A stretch of 64,000 nucleotides of DNA, taken from an uncultured Alphaproteobacteria bacterium. GTDB taxonomy: Bacteria > Pseudomonadota > Alphaproteobacteria > Rhizobiales > Xanthobacteraceae. Of the stretch, positions 1 to 9,552 are shown piece after piece. The notes below the pieces were generated by a model, which was not told the DNA's origin, did not search any database, and saw only the letters and a list, made by a program, of their open reading frames with translations. The stretch spans positions 57,020 through 121,019 of the forward strand of contig CAWFIQ010000025.1 in assembly GCA_963815955.1 (NCBI GenBank), written 5' to 3'. The position numbers were made by a program, and so were the translations under genes. The first letter of the stretch is position 1; every line of letters begins with the position of its first letter.

Positions 1-125
1 TCGGATGTCTTGATCATCATCTCTTCAGTCACCAGAGCCCTCGTCTGTGCCAGTGCAGGAATTGAAGAAAGTGTTGCGAGAAGAAAGCCTGCCGCCGCGA
101 TCGAAAAATTCAATGTCGCCTCCCA

Positions 126-157
126 AGTGTTCTTTGTTTTGAGTGTTCTTTGTTTTG
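126..157. repeat. Perfect 16-bp tandem duplication (AGTGTTCTTTGTTTTG x2) upstream of a gene that starts near the left edge on the minus strand
   Basis: Read directly: 126-141 and 142-157 are identical. Confidence 0.9.
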
Positions 158-312
158 CCTGACGCAACGTAACGGCAATTCCCGCGATGGTGCACCTAAT
201 TCTCGACGGGTGCAGCAAGCACCCGGCATTCCCTGCTCCCTCTCAGGAGGGACAAGGTTCATGTAAACCTCGGGCAGTGCGCCGCGAGATCGCGAACGCA
301 TATTCAGTCGTC

Positions 313-367
313 GTCACCCGCCTTGTGCGCAATTGCGCACTGGGGCGGGTGACCCAGTATTCCAGAG
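313..367. repeat. Rhizobial REP/RIME-like palindromic intergenic repeat
   Basis: Nested inverted repeats GTCACCCGCC/GGCGGGTGAC and GTGCGC/GCGCAC followed by CCAGTATTCCAGAG; the same core occurs inverted at about 15533-15546. Confidence 0.8.
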
Positions 368-457
368 ACGTTGATGATTGAACCGTTAGGCCGCGGCGTA
401 CTGGGTACCCGCCTTCGCGGGTACGACGGCGTGATTGGCGGCGACGATCGTGCCCCG

Positions 458-796
458 CTATCCCTGCGGCATCACCGAAATCCTCGCGCAATCACGCCGG
501 CCCATCAGCACGCAGTCCTGGGTCTTGCGGAGATCGGCGATGCTCATCGCAAGCCAGATGCCGATCGCGGTCAACGCCACCGTGAAGGCGAGCGCTGCGA
601 CGTTGGCGAGCATCCGATGCCGGAAATCGTCGCCCTCGTCGCGCGGCCGCTCGTAGCGGGACAGGTCGTTCGCCGCTGGCTGCGCCTTGGTTGGGTCGGT
701 TTCTCCCCGTCCGGCGGGTGGATGGTCGGAGGTGCGCGGCCGGAACTTGAGCACGACGTGCTCATCGTCCGAGGTAATGGGCCGCTGGCTTTTCAC
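458..796 (-). CDS. Small membrane-anchored hypothetical protein
   Basis: One hydrophobic helix (ANVAALAFTVALTAIGIWLAMSI) and a C-terminal C-x6-C (DCVLMGRRDC). Confidence 0.65.
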   Translation of the reverse strand: MKSQRPITSDDEHVVLKFRPRTSDHPPAGRGETDPTKAQPAANDLSRYERPRDEGDDFRHRMLANVAALAFTVALTAIGIWLAMSIADLRKTQDCVLMGRRDCARISVMPQG

Positions 797-1082
797 TGCG
801 TTCGTCCGGCGAGAAATCCTGCACCTTTCTTAGCACGCCGGGCGCGCTTCCAACATGAAATGTTGTTGAGTGCGGGGCAGCCATCCCTCCGCGCAACGTC
901 TGATGGAACCTGCTGCGATCGGAGGTCCGTGGCCTTCGGCTTTGGTGGTCCTGGTATGCCTGCCGCGAACTTCGGGTCGCAGCCATGTGAGGGCCCGCAC
1001 CGTCAAGCCATAGTAGACTCCGTTCCGGAGCCATCTGCCGGGTCAGGGCACGAGGCTTGAAGGAAGCAGAGGGGGCAGAACC

Positions 1083-1703
1083 ATGGCCAACACGCGCGAC
1101 CCTATTCTCAAGCCGATCCCGATCCTGTCACTGCGTCCGACCCAGATGACGGTCGGCCTGCGAGAGGTAAAGGAGAAGCGCCAGCGCTGGCGGGAGCACA
1201 AGTCGGAAAAGAAACGCGCCGAACTGCTCGGCAAGCATATGATCCCGGTCGTGCTCGGGCCGGACGAGCACCACTACGTCGTCGACCACCATCATCTGGC
1301 GCGTGCACTGCATGATGAGGGCGTCGAGCATGTCCTGGTCACGGTCATCGGCGATCTCACCATGGTCGAGCGCGAGGCGTTCTGGACCGTGATGGATCAC
1401 AAGCGATGGGCCTATCCCTACGACGCCAAGGGCGAACGCCGGCGGTTCAAGGATCTGCCGAAATCGGTCACCGGCCTCGCAGACGATCCGTTCCGCAGCC
1501 TCGCCGGGGAATTGCGCCGCGTCGGCGGCTTTGCAAAGGACATCACCCCGTTCAGCGAATTCCTGTGGGCGGATTTCCTGCGCCGCAAAATCTCGCGCAA
1601 AAGCGTAGAGGAGAATTTCGAGAAGGCGATGGAGAAGGCGCTCGGCTTTGCCAAGGGCACGGACGCGGTCTATCTGCCGGGCTGGTGCGGGCCGCTCGAT
1701 TAG
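1083..1703 (+). CDS. ParB-like nuclease domain protein (ParBc_2/COG4318 type)
   Basis: LRPTQMTVG, YVVDHHHLARAL and DDPFRSLAG motifs; purine-rich RBS upstream. Confidence 0.85.
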   Translation: MANTRDPILKPIPILSLRPTQMTVGLREVKEKRQRWREHKSEKKRAELLGKHMIPVVLGPDEHHYVVDHHHLARALHDEGVEHVLVTVIGDLTMVEREAFWTVMDHKRWAYPYDAKGERRRFKDLPKSVTGLADDPFRSLAGELRRVGGFAKDITPFSEFLWADFLRRKISRKSVEENFEKAMEKALGFAKGTDAVYLPGWCGPLD

Positions 1704-1717
1704 ACGGCGGCCTACGG

Positions 1718-2203
1718 TCATTTGTCCGATGAAGAGGCCGGAGGCGTTTCCTGCTCGATCTCGACCTTGCCGCCAAGCCGCTGGTGCAGCCAGCGTTCAA
1801 TTCGGCCGCCAACGGTCAAGACCGCGAAGGTGATGACCAATGCGGTGACCACCAATCGCCATTGTCCGAGGCCGCAGACAATTCCGATGCAGGCCGCCAG
1901 CCAGGTGCAGGCGGCACTGGTGAGCCCGCGAACCCTGAAATGACGTCCTGCGTGGACAATGACCCCGGCGCCGAGGAAACCGATCCCGGTCAGGATTCCC
2001 TGAATCACCCGGCTGCCGGCGTCCGAGACGATTTTGACTTCGTCCGAATGGACCATCACCAGCAGCATGGCCGTCGCAAGGCTGACCAGCGCCAGCGTCT
2101 TCAATCCGATCGGCTTGCCGTGCAGATCGCGGTTGAGACCGATCAAGCCGCCCGCGAGCGTGGCGACGCCGAGACGCAATATGATTTCGGTCCAGTCCAG
2201 CAA
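1718..2203 (-). CDS. MgtC/SapB family membrane protein
   Basis: GLIGLNR...GLKT, RVIQGILTGIGFLGAG and GLTSAACTW motifs. Confidence 0.9.
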   Translation of the reverse strand: MLDWTEIILRLGVATLAGGLIGLNRDLHGKPIGLKTLALVSLATAMLLVMVHSDEVKIVSDAGSRVIQGILTGIGFLGAGVIVHAGRHFRVRGLTSAACTWLAACIGIVCGLGQWRLVVTALVITFAVLTVGGRIERWLHQRLGGKVEIEQETPPASSSDK

Positions 2204-2227
2204 CGCGTGAAACCTCCGGGCCTTGAG

Positions 2228-2821
2228 CTACTGTTTCGGCAGCCGCCCCATCATGTAGAACTCGTCGTTCGGGCGCATCGCGGTGACGTTGGCCAGCCGG
2301 TTCGACAGCGCGAAGAACGCCGCGATCGCCGTGATGTCCCAGATGTCGTCGTCGCTGAAGCCGTGGCTTGCGATTTCCGCAAAATCCGCTTCCGAAACCG
2401 TGTTGGCCTCCTGGCTTACCTTCATGGCGAAGTCGAGCATGGCCCGCTGCCGCGGCGTGACGTCGGCCTTGCGGTAGTTGACCGCGATCTGGTCGGCGAT
2501 TTGCGGGTTCTTGGCCCGGATGCGCAGGATCGCGCCATGGGCGATCACGCAGTAATGGCACTGGTTGGCGGCGGACGTCGCCACCACGATCATCTCGCGC
2601 TCGGCCTTGGTCAGCCCGCCGTCCTTTTCCATCAACGCGTCGTGATAGGCGAAGAAGGCGCGAAATTCGTCGGGACGATAAGCCAGCGTCAGGAAGACGT
2701 TCGGGACGAAGCCGGATTTCTCCTGCACCGCGAGGATCCGGGTGCGGATATCCTCCGGCAGCTTGTCGATGGCAGGCGGCTGAAATCGTCTGGGGGCGGG
2801 CTTGGCTGCAGGCTTGGTCAT
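2228..2821 (-). CDS. Peroxidase-related enzyme, AhpD/CMD family
   Basis: EREMIVVATSAANQCHYCVIAHG (CxxC); start moved to the ATG at 2821. Confidence 0.9.
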   Translation of the reverse strand: MTKPAAKPAPRRFQPPAIDKLPEDIRTRILAVQEKSGFVPNVFLTLAYRPDEFRAFFAYHDALMEKDGGLTKAEREMIVVATSAANQCHYCVIAHGAILRIRAKNPQIADQIAVNYRKADVTPRQRAMLDFAMKVSQEANTVSEADFAEIASHGFSDDDIWDITAIAAFFALSNRLANVTAMRPNDEFYMMGRLPKQ

Positions 2822-2931
2822 GGAAGGATTCCGGCTAAAGGCCGCGCGAGGCGGCGTCGCCGGAACCATATCGCTTTTTCAGGCAAAGTGGATACCGGCT
2901 CGCGCGAGCAAATCACGCGAACCTGCCACCC

Positions 2932-4701
2932 TCAGCGCAGCGGCTTCTTCAGGAGCGAGAACCGGTCGGGATCCAGCCCCATCGAGGGCTGCAGCATCGG
3001 CGCTTCCACCGGCGTCATGATGCGCGCGGCCGGCCGGTCACCGCCGATGCCGACAGAGGGATCGTTCGGAACGTCACGATTAGAGGTCGCGCCGCGCCAG
3101 CGGTCCAGCACGGCGGAGACGAAATGCATGTCGTGGCCGGCGGAAACCGACGGCACGGACGCGATGGTGGCTTCGCTGCGCGGCAACTGGTGGACCGGAA
3201 CCTCCTTGAAGCGCAGGCGCGTCGGCAGCGCCACGCCTTCGCCGAAGGCCAGCACCTCGCGGGTGCCGAGCGAGGGCACGAACGACAAGAGGTTTGCAGC
3301 AGCGTCCGAGACCGCCGAGCGCAGCAGCGCCTGGTCGCGGTCGTTGGCAAGGCGCATCGCAAACAGCGTGTTGCACTGGGAGATGATGGTGGCGTCGAGT
3401 TCTGCCGGACGCTGGGTGACGAGGCCGAGAAACACGCCGTACTTGCGGCCTTCCTTGGCGATGCGCGACACCGCCTTGCGGGTTGGGCCGAAACCGATGT
3501 TGCGGTCGGCGGAGGCGTAACGGTGCGCCTCCTCGCAGACGAACAGCAGCGGCGAGACGCCGTCGCTCCACAGGCCGAAATCGAACGCCATGCGGCACAA
3601 CACCGACACCACGGAATCGACGACTTCGGCGGGGAAGCCGGCAAGCTGCATGATGGTCATCGGCCGGCCGTTGGCAGGCAGGCGGAACAGGTGGCTGATC
3701 ACTTCCGCCATGGTGTCGCCGCCGACATTGGCGTTGTCGAACATGAAGGTGTAGCGCGGATCGTTACGCACGGTCTCGATGCGCGAGATCAGCTTGTGAT
3801 AGATGATGCGCGAGGAGCGGTTCTCCAGCTTGCCCATCCGTTCGTCGATCAGCGAGATCAGATCGACCAGGCGGTAGGGCACCGGCGTATCGACGGTGTA
3901 GCCGCCCGTCTTGGGGTCGACGCGCTTGAGCCCGAGCCGGTCGGAGTTCTGATACTGGGTATAGATACCCTTCGCCATCGGAATGATTTCGGCGAGAACG
4001 TCGAGTTCTTCCGGCACGCCGGGACGGCCGCCGAACAGGACGTCGACGATTTCTTCGAAATTGAACAGCCAGAACGGCAGTTTCAGGTTGCGCGGGTTGA
4101 GCACCAGCGCGCGGTCGCCGAAGCAGCGGCCATACTCGTTGTGGACGTCGAGCAGGAATACCCGCAGGTTCGGCCGCGCCTTCAGAATCTCGTTGAGCAG
4201 CAGCGAGACGCTGGTCGATTTGCCGACGCCAGTGGAGCCGAGGACGGCGAAGTGCTTGGAGAGCATTTCCTCGACGTCGACATAGGCGATCACCGACTGG
4301 TCCTGCTGCAGGGTGCCGACATTGATCTGGTCCGACCCGCTCGGCGCATAGACCGTGCGAAGGTCCTGGGCCGTGATGAGTTCAACGGCATCGCCGATCG
4401 TCGGATAATTGGTGACGCCGCGCTGGAATTTGGGGCGTTCGCCGCCGGAAATTTCGCCGAGCAGGTCGACCGACGCACTCGCGATATAGGTATCGTTGGC
4501 CCGCAGATCCTCGCACGATACCTCGGTGATCATCGCGATGATGGTGGAGCCGGCGCAGCGGATGCTGATGAAACGGCCGACGGTGGCGCGCACTTCCGCG
4601 ACGGGCATCGGGCCCGACGGCAGAAGTCCGACCCGGGCGAGGGAGCCGCGCACGGAAATCACACGTCCGAAGGATGTCACAGTGTTGAACCTGGATCTCA
4701 T
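2932..4701 (-). CDS. Stand-alone HerA-like ATPase (DUF87)
   Basis: N-terminal HAS-barrel-like region, Walker A VLGSTGVGKS, Walker B LFVCEEAH, IAKEGRKYG...TQRP. Confidence 0.9.
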   Translation of the reverse strand: MRSRFNTVTSFGRVISVRGSLARVGLLPSGPMPVAEVRATVGRFISIRCAGSTIIAMITEVSCEDLRANDTYIASASVDLLGEISGGERPKFQRGVTNYPTIGDAVELITAQDLRTVYAPSGSDQINVGTLQQDQSVIAYVDVEEMLSKHFAVLGSTGVGKSTSVSLLLNEILKARPNLRVFLLDVHNEYGRCFGDRALVLNPRNLKLPFWLFNFEEIVDVLFGGRPGVPEELDVLAEIIPMAKGIYTQYQNSDRLGLKRVDPKTGGYTVDTPVPYRLVDLISLIDERMGKLENRSSRIIYHKLISRIETVRNDPRYTFMFDNANVGGDTMAEVISHLFRLPANGRPMTIMQLAGFPAEVVDSVVSVLCRMAFDFGLWSDGVSPLLFVCEEAHRYASADRNIGFGPTRKAVSRIAKEGRKYGVFLGLVTQRPAELDATIISQCNTLFAMRLANDRDQALLRSAVSDAAANLLSFVPSLGTREVLAFGEGVALPTRLRFKEVPVHQLPRSEATIASVPSVSAGHDMHFVSAVLDRWRGATSNRDVPNDPSVGIGGDRPAARIMTPVEAPMLQPSMGLDPDRFSLLKKPLR

Positions 4702-4900
4702 GAATGGGTCTGACTCCCATTATGAGCAGCCCCGACTAGCGAAACGGTTAAACAGGCGCGGTTTCGTATCGGCTAAATCTGCGGCATCTCGGTCAGGATT
4801 CGTTTTTGCGGCAGCGCCCAGTCAGCGCCGCCGAGTGTCAGTTACGCTTGAAAATAGCGGCTTTCTTGCATTTCCGGGCGCGCGAGACGCCGGTCTTGGA

Positions 4901-5030
4901 TTAATCATTCATTTACCACACCGCACGAGAGGGCTCGCCCGATGGTCACCGGCGGTAACCTCTGGTTCCGGTTCGCGGAACAGGGCCAGCCCGTGTGGAA
5001 GGTAACCGATTGCTAACCGCAAGTTGTAAC
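4901..5030. promoter_or_regulatory. Putative CtrA boxes in the divergent herA / GGDEF-EAL intergenic region
   Basis: TTAA-N7-TTTAC at 4901-4916 and GTAA-N7-CTAAC at 5002-5017, plus extra TAAC half-sites; consensus TTAA-N7-TTAAC. Confidence 0.4.
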
Positions 5031-5194
5031 GCCCCTTCCATCAGTGCTGCGTAACAATAGCGCAGGTCGCCGTTGTGGCGTCCGATCGAACGCTAACTTT
5101 TCATCTGGCGCAGGACCCGTTGCCGGGCCGGGACATCTTGGCGGGGACATGCGTGGGGGAGCCATTTCGGGTGGACATCGACGGCGGTCAGCAA

Positions 5195-7081
5195 ATGTCA
5201 GGCGGTGCTGCCGGCTCTGCGCAAAGGGCCGGAGCGATCACGCGGCTTGCGGGATGTTGCGTGCTGCTCGCGGCGGCGGTTGTCGGCGACATTGCGACCT
5301 CGGGATGGAGCCTCCGCGAACGCCTGCTGCTGGCGCTCGTCGCCATTTTTGCCGTGGTCGCCGGACTGCTGCTGCGGCGTGACCGACTGACCGACCGGCG
5401 GCTGGCGGCCGAGCGGGGCCAGCTCTCGATTGCCGTGAACAACATCCCGCAAGGCCTTGTTCTCTACGATGCATCCGCGCGGATCATCATTTGCAACCAG
5501 CCCTATCTCGACATGTTCGGACTGTCGCCTGACGTGGCCAAGCCCGGCTGCACCATGCAGCGGCTGATCGCCCACCGGAAGGAAACCGGATCATTCGATG
5601 GCGACATCGACGAATTCTGCGCTGCAATTATAAAGACAGTGTCGCTCGGCAAGGCGACGCGGCAGCTTACGGAAGCGCCCGGTGGCCGGGCGATCGAGAT
5701 CATCAACCGGCCGCTGAAAGGCGGCGGGTGGGTCGCAACGATCGAGGACATCACCGCGCGCCAGCGCGCAGACGAGAAGATCGCACATCTGGCGCATTTC
5801 GACGGGTTGACCGACCTGCCGAACCGGATCCTGTTCCGCGAGCGGCTGGAGCAGTCGCTCAAGGCGATACGGCCGGGCGAGCAACTGGCGGTGCTCTATA
5901 TCGACATCGACGAGTTCAAGAGCGTCAACGACGCACTCGGCCATCCGGTCGGCGATGAGCTGCTCAAGGGTGTCGCCGGGCGTCTGCGCGGTTGTCTCAA
6001 GGAGACTGATGTGGCGGCCCGGCTCGGCGGCGACGAGTTCGCCGTCATTCAAACCGCTATCAAGGACCGCTCGGAAACCAATCAGCTCGTCGATGAAATC
6101 CACTCGGCGATCCGGCAGCCTTTTGACTGCATGGGGCACCAGATCACCACCGATGCCAGCATCGGCATCGCGCTTGCTCCTGGTGACGGGGTGGACCTCG
6201 ACCAGTTGCTGAAGAATGCGGACCTCGCGCTCTACGGCGCCAAGGGCGATGGACGGCGAACCTACCGCTTCTTCGAGGCCGGCATGGACCAGCGCGCCAG
6301 GGCGCGGCGAAGCCTGGAGCTCGATCTGCGTCAGGCGATCAGCGACGGAAGCCTCGAGGCCTACTATCAGCCGGTGGTCAATATCGAGGACGGCAAGATC
6401 AGTTCCTGCGAGGCGCTGTTGCGGTGGCGGCACGCCGAACGTGGCATGATCTCGCCGGCGGAGTTCATTCCGATCGCGGAAGACAGCGGCCTGATCAATC
6501 AGCTCGGCGTCTGGGTGCTCAATACCGCCTGCGCGGAGGCCGCCACCTGGCCGGACCACGTTCGCGTCGCAGTCAATGTTTCGCCGGTGCAGTTCAGGAG
6601 CCCGTCGCTGGCGTTGAACGTGGCGGCGGCGCTCGCGGCTTGCGGCCTTCCGGCAAGCCGGCTGGAGCTCGAGATCACCGAGGCCGTGCTCATTCGCGAC
6701 GACGAGGCGGCGCTCGAGATGCTGCACCAGTTGCGCAAGCTGGGCGTCCGGATCGCGCTGGACGATTTCGGCACCGGCTATTCCTCGCTCAGCTACCTGC
6801 AGCGTTTTCCGTTCGACAAGATCAAGATCGATCGCTCCTTCATCCGGGATATCGCCGGTCCGGGCGCGTCCTCATCCATCGTCCAGGCCGTGGTGAACAT
6901 CGCGGCCGCCAGCGACATGACGACGACGGCGGAGGGTGTCGAAACCGAGCAGCAGAGGAACTTGCTGTACATCCTCGGCTGTACCGAGATGCAGGGCTAT
7001 CTGTTCAGCCCCGCGATACCGGCCGCCGAGGTCAGGCGGCTCTTGATCTCGCACCGCGGCAGGGCCATGTCGGCCGCTTGA
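5195..7081 (+). CDS. Membrane-anchored PAS-GGDEF-EAL diguanylate cyclase/phosphodiesterase
   Basis: Two N-terminal hydrophobic segments, PAS, RLGGDEF, CEALLRW, LDDFGTGYSSL. Confidence 0.92.
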   Translation: MSGGAAGSAQRAGAITRLAGCCVLLAAAVVGDIATSGWSLRERLLLALVAIFAVVAGLLLRRDRLTDRRLAAERGQLSIAVNNIPQGLVLYDASARIIICNQPYLDMFGLSPDVAKPGCTMQRLIAHRKETGSFDGDIDEFCAAIIKTVSLGKATRQLTEAPGGRAIEIINRPLKGGGWVATIEDITARQRADEKIAHLAHFDGLTDLPNRILFRERLEQSLKAIRPGEQLAVLYIDIDEFKSVNDALGHPVGDELLKGVAGRLRGCLKETDVAARLGGDEFAVIQTAIKDRSETNQLVDEIHSAIRQPFDCMGHQITTDASIGIALAPGDGVDLDQLLKNADLALYGAKGDGRRTYRFFEAGMDQRARARRSLELDLRQAISDGSLEAYYQPVVNIEDGKISSCEALLRWRHAERGMISPAEFIPIAEDSGLINQLGVWVLNTACAEAATWPDHVRVAVNVSPVQFRSPSLALNVAAALAACGLPASRLELEITEAVLIRDDEAALEMLHQLRKLGVRIALDDFGTGYSSLSYLQRFPFDKIKIDRSFIRDIAGPGASSSIVQAVVNIAAASDMTTTAEGVETEQQRNLLYILGCTEMQGYLFSPAIPAAEVRRLLISHRGRAMSAA

Positions 7082-7136
7082 AACGCCGGCCGCGGCTTGC
7101 TATCGACGGTGAGGCAAAAATAAGAAACAGGGCAGG

Positions 7137-8426
7137 GTGGACCGCGATGAATCGCGACAACGCATCTTGAGCGGTCCCGCGCGGTCTTCCGCGCTCGCAC
7201 CATTCCGTGTCAGGAACTATCGTTTTCAGTGGCCCGCCGATCTGCTCACCTCATGGGCGTTCGAGATGGAGACGCTGATTCTCGGCTGGTACGTTCTGGT
7301 CGAGACCGGTTCGGTGCTGTTGCTGACCTTGTTCGCCTCGCTCGGCTATGTCGGTACGCTGGTAGCGCCGATGTTCGGCGTCGTCGGCGACCGGATCGGT
7401 CACCGCGACCTGCTGGCGATGATGCGCGCCACCTATGCGGTGCTGGCGGCCGTGCTGATGACGCTGGCGCTGTCGGGCCAGCTTGCACCGGTCTATGTTT
7501 TCATGGTCGCCGCCGTGATGGGCATCGTTCGCCCATCGGACCTCGGCGTGCGCGGCGCCCTGGTCGCGACCACCATGCCGCATGGCCAGTTGATCGGGGC
7601 GATCAGCATCTCGCGAACGACGATGGATACCGCGCGCATCGCCGGCGCGCTGAGCGGCGCCGGATTGTTCGCCTCGCTCGGCATGGGCCCGGCCTATGTG
7701 GCGATCGTCTGCCTCTATCTCGTCGCGACCGCGCTGACGCTGTGCATCGTGGCGCCGGCAAAGCCGCACGCGGCGGGCGAAGCTGCCAGCGAGGCGTTGC
7801 AACGTTCGTCGCTGCGCGATCTCAGGGAGGGCGTTGCCTATGTCTGGACCACGCCGCGGATGCAGGCCGCGCTCTGGGTGGCGTTCCTCGCCAACCTGAC
7901 GGCTTATCCGCTCACAAACGGCCTGCTTCCCTATATCGCCAAGGCGATCTACGGCACCAACCAGACCGGGCTCGGATATCTGTCGGCGAGTTTTGCGATC
8001 GGCTCCCTGGCCGGTTCGATCGTGTTGAGCCTGATCCGCGATCTCCGGGTGGCGCGGCTGATGATCGGCGCCACGCTCGTCTGGTACGTGACCTTGCTGG
8101 TCTTCGTGCAGATGCAGACGGTGCAGACCGCGATCCTGTGCCTGGTGGTGGCAGGCTTTTCGCAAAGCCTCGCCATGATCGCGATCGCCGTCATCCTGAT
8201 GCGGACCGCGAGCGAGAATTTCCGCGGCCGGGTGATGGGGGTGCGCATGATGGTGATCTATGGCCTGCCGATCGGCCTGCTGGCCGCCGGCAGCCTGATC
8301 GATGAAATCGGATTTGCGGCGACCGGAACGCTCTACGCGGCGGCCGGTCTCGCCTTGATGCTGGCGGTCATGCTGCACTGGCGCGCCGATCTGTGGCACG
8401 TGCACGCGCCGGCGAATGCGCGGTAG
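7137..8426 (+). CDS. MFS transporter
   Basis: About 12 hydrophobic segments, GVVGDRIGHR motif A, C-terminal FRGRVMG; exact start uncertain. Confidence 0.88.
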   Translation: MDRDESRQRILSGPARSSALAPFRVRNYRFQWPADLLTSWAFEMETLILGWYVLVETGSVLLLTLFASLGYVGTLVAPMFGVVGDRIGHRDLLAMMRATYAVLAAVLMTLALSGQLAPVYVFMVAAVMGIVRPSDLGVRGALVATTMPHGQLIGAISISRTTMDTARIAGALSGAGLFASLGMGPAYVAIVCLYLVATALTLCIVAPAKPHAAGEAASEALQRSSLRDLREGVAYVWTTPRMQAALWVAFLANLTAYPLTNGLLPYIAKAIYGTNQTGLGYLSASFAIGSLAGSIVLSLIRDLRVARLMIGATLVWYVTLLVFVQMQTVQTAILCLVVAGFSQSLAMIAIAVILMRTASENFRGRVMGVRMMVIYGLPIGLLAAGSLIDEIGFAATGTLYAAAGLALMLAVMLHWRADLWHVHAPANAR

Positions 8427-8486
8427 GTGTCGGCGTACTAACTGAGTTTTTCAGCGATGATGTCGATCGCGCCGGCTCGCCTCATC

Positions 8487-9464
8487 TCAATGCATCTTGA
8501 TGTCAGCCTCTTTCAGCACCGGCTCCCACTTCGCGGCTTCGGCGCGCATGAAGGCGTCGAAATCCTTTGGCGAATTGCCGACCGGTGTGGCGCCCATCTT
8601 TTCCAGCGCGGTCAGAACCACCGGATCTTTCAGGGCGGCGGCAAGATCAGCATGGATCTTGGCGACCAGATCGGGCGCCATGCCGGCGGGGCCGAGAAAA
8701 CCCCACCAGACCGAGGCGTCATAGCCGGGGATGCCTGATTCCGCGACGGTCGGAACGTCGGGCAACGCCTTCGAGCGCTGGGCCGTCGTCACCGCAAGCG
8801 CGCGCACCGCATTGCCTTCGAGCTGGCCGACCACCTCGGGCAGCGGATTGACGCTGATCGGAATCTCGCCGGCGATGACGGCGGTCAGCGCAGGGGCGCC
8901 GCCCTTGTAGGGGATCGACTGGATCTTGACCTTGGCCATGTATTTGAGAAGCTCGCCGGCGAGATGGGCCGAGGTGCCGTTGCCGGACATGCCGTACGAT
9001 AATGACTCCGGTTTTGCGCGCGCGGTCGCCAGCAACTCCTGCAAATTCTTGATTGGGCTGTTTTGGGCCACCACGATCGCGAGCGGCGAATAGGCCACCT
9101 CGCTGATGGCGGTGAAGTCCTTGAAGGTGTCGTAGGGCAATTTTGGATAGAAGAACTGGTTCAGCGGATGGCCGCTTGCCACCAGGATCAGCGTGTAGCC
9201 GTCCGGCGCCGATTGCGTCAGCGCCTGCGACGCGATGATCCCGCCGGCGCCCGGACGGTTTTCAATGACCGGCTGCTGCCCCCAGGTTTTCGACAGCGAT
9301 TGCCCGAGCGTGCGCGCCAGCACGTCGACGGCGCCGCCGGCGGCGTAGGGCACCAGGATGCGCACGGGCTTGCTCGGGAAGGAGTCCGCGTAGACGTTCG
9401 TGCCGGCCAGCGAAAACAGCGCGGCGGCAAGTGTGCAGCGGATGAATGCTCTGCGTGGGATCAT
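8487..9464 (-). CDS. Bug/TctC tripartite tricarboxylate transporter substrate-binding protein
   Basis: Twin-Arg leader, FPSKPVRILVPYAAGGAVDVLAR, ENRPGAGG, PYKGGAPA. Confidence 0.92.
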   Translation of the reverse strand: MIPRRAFIRCTLAAALFSLAGTNVYADSFPSKPVRILVPYAAGGAVDVLARTLGQSLSKTWGQQPVIENRPGAGGIIASQALTQSAPDGYTLILVASGHPLNQFFYPKLPYDTFKDFTAISEVAYSPLAIVVAQNSPIKNLQELLATARAKPESLSYGMSGNGTSAHLAGELLKYMAKVKIQSIPYKGGAPALTAVIAGEIPISVNPLPEVVGQLEGNAVRALAVTTAQRSKALPDVPTVAESGIPGYDASVWWGFLGPAGMAPDLVAKIHADLAAALKDPVVLTALEKMGATPVGNSPKDFDAFMRAEAAKWEPVLKEADIKMH

Positions 9465-9552
9465 GAGAAACGGTCCTTGTTGGTGTGTATGATCTGAGAA
9501 ATGCAGTATCGCGCCCGCTCACGCGGCGGTTGGTTGCGAGACGGCCTGGTTG

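Noticed and set aside
126-157. LexA/SOS box
   Set aside because: GTTC motifs are 16 nt apart, not GTTC-N7-GTTC; the second half-site does not match
905-935. Other GGAAC sites as EcfG promoters (905, 55583, 56762, 62021)
   Set aside because: No NNTT -10 box at 16-17 nt spacing
2932-4701. HerA-based anti-phage system (Sir2-HerA, NurA-HerA and similar)
   Set aside because: No effector or nuclease neighbour; high-GC, housekeeping-like context
1784-4713. Long antisense ORFs (1784-3520, 3124-4713; likewise 5591-6727, 7251-8405, 14377-15525, 32085-33122)
   Set aside because: Shadow frames of GC-rich genes with no recognisable motifs
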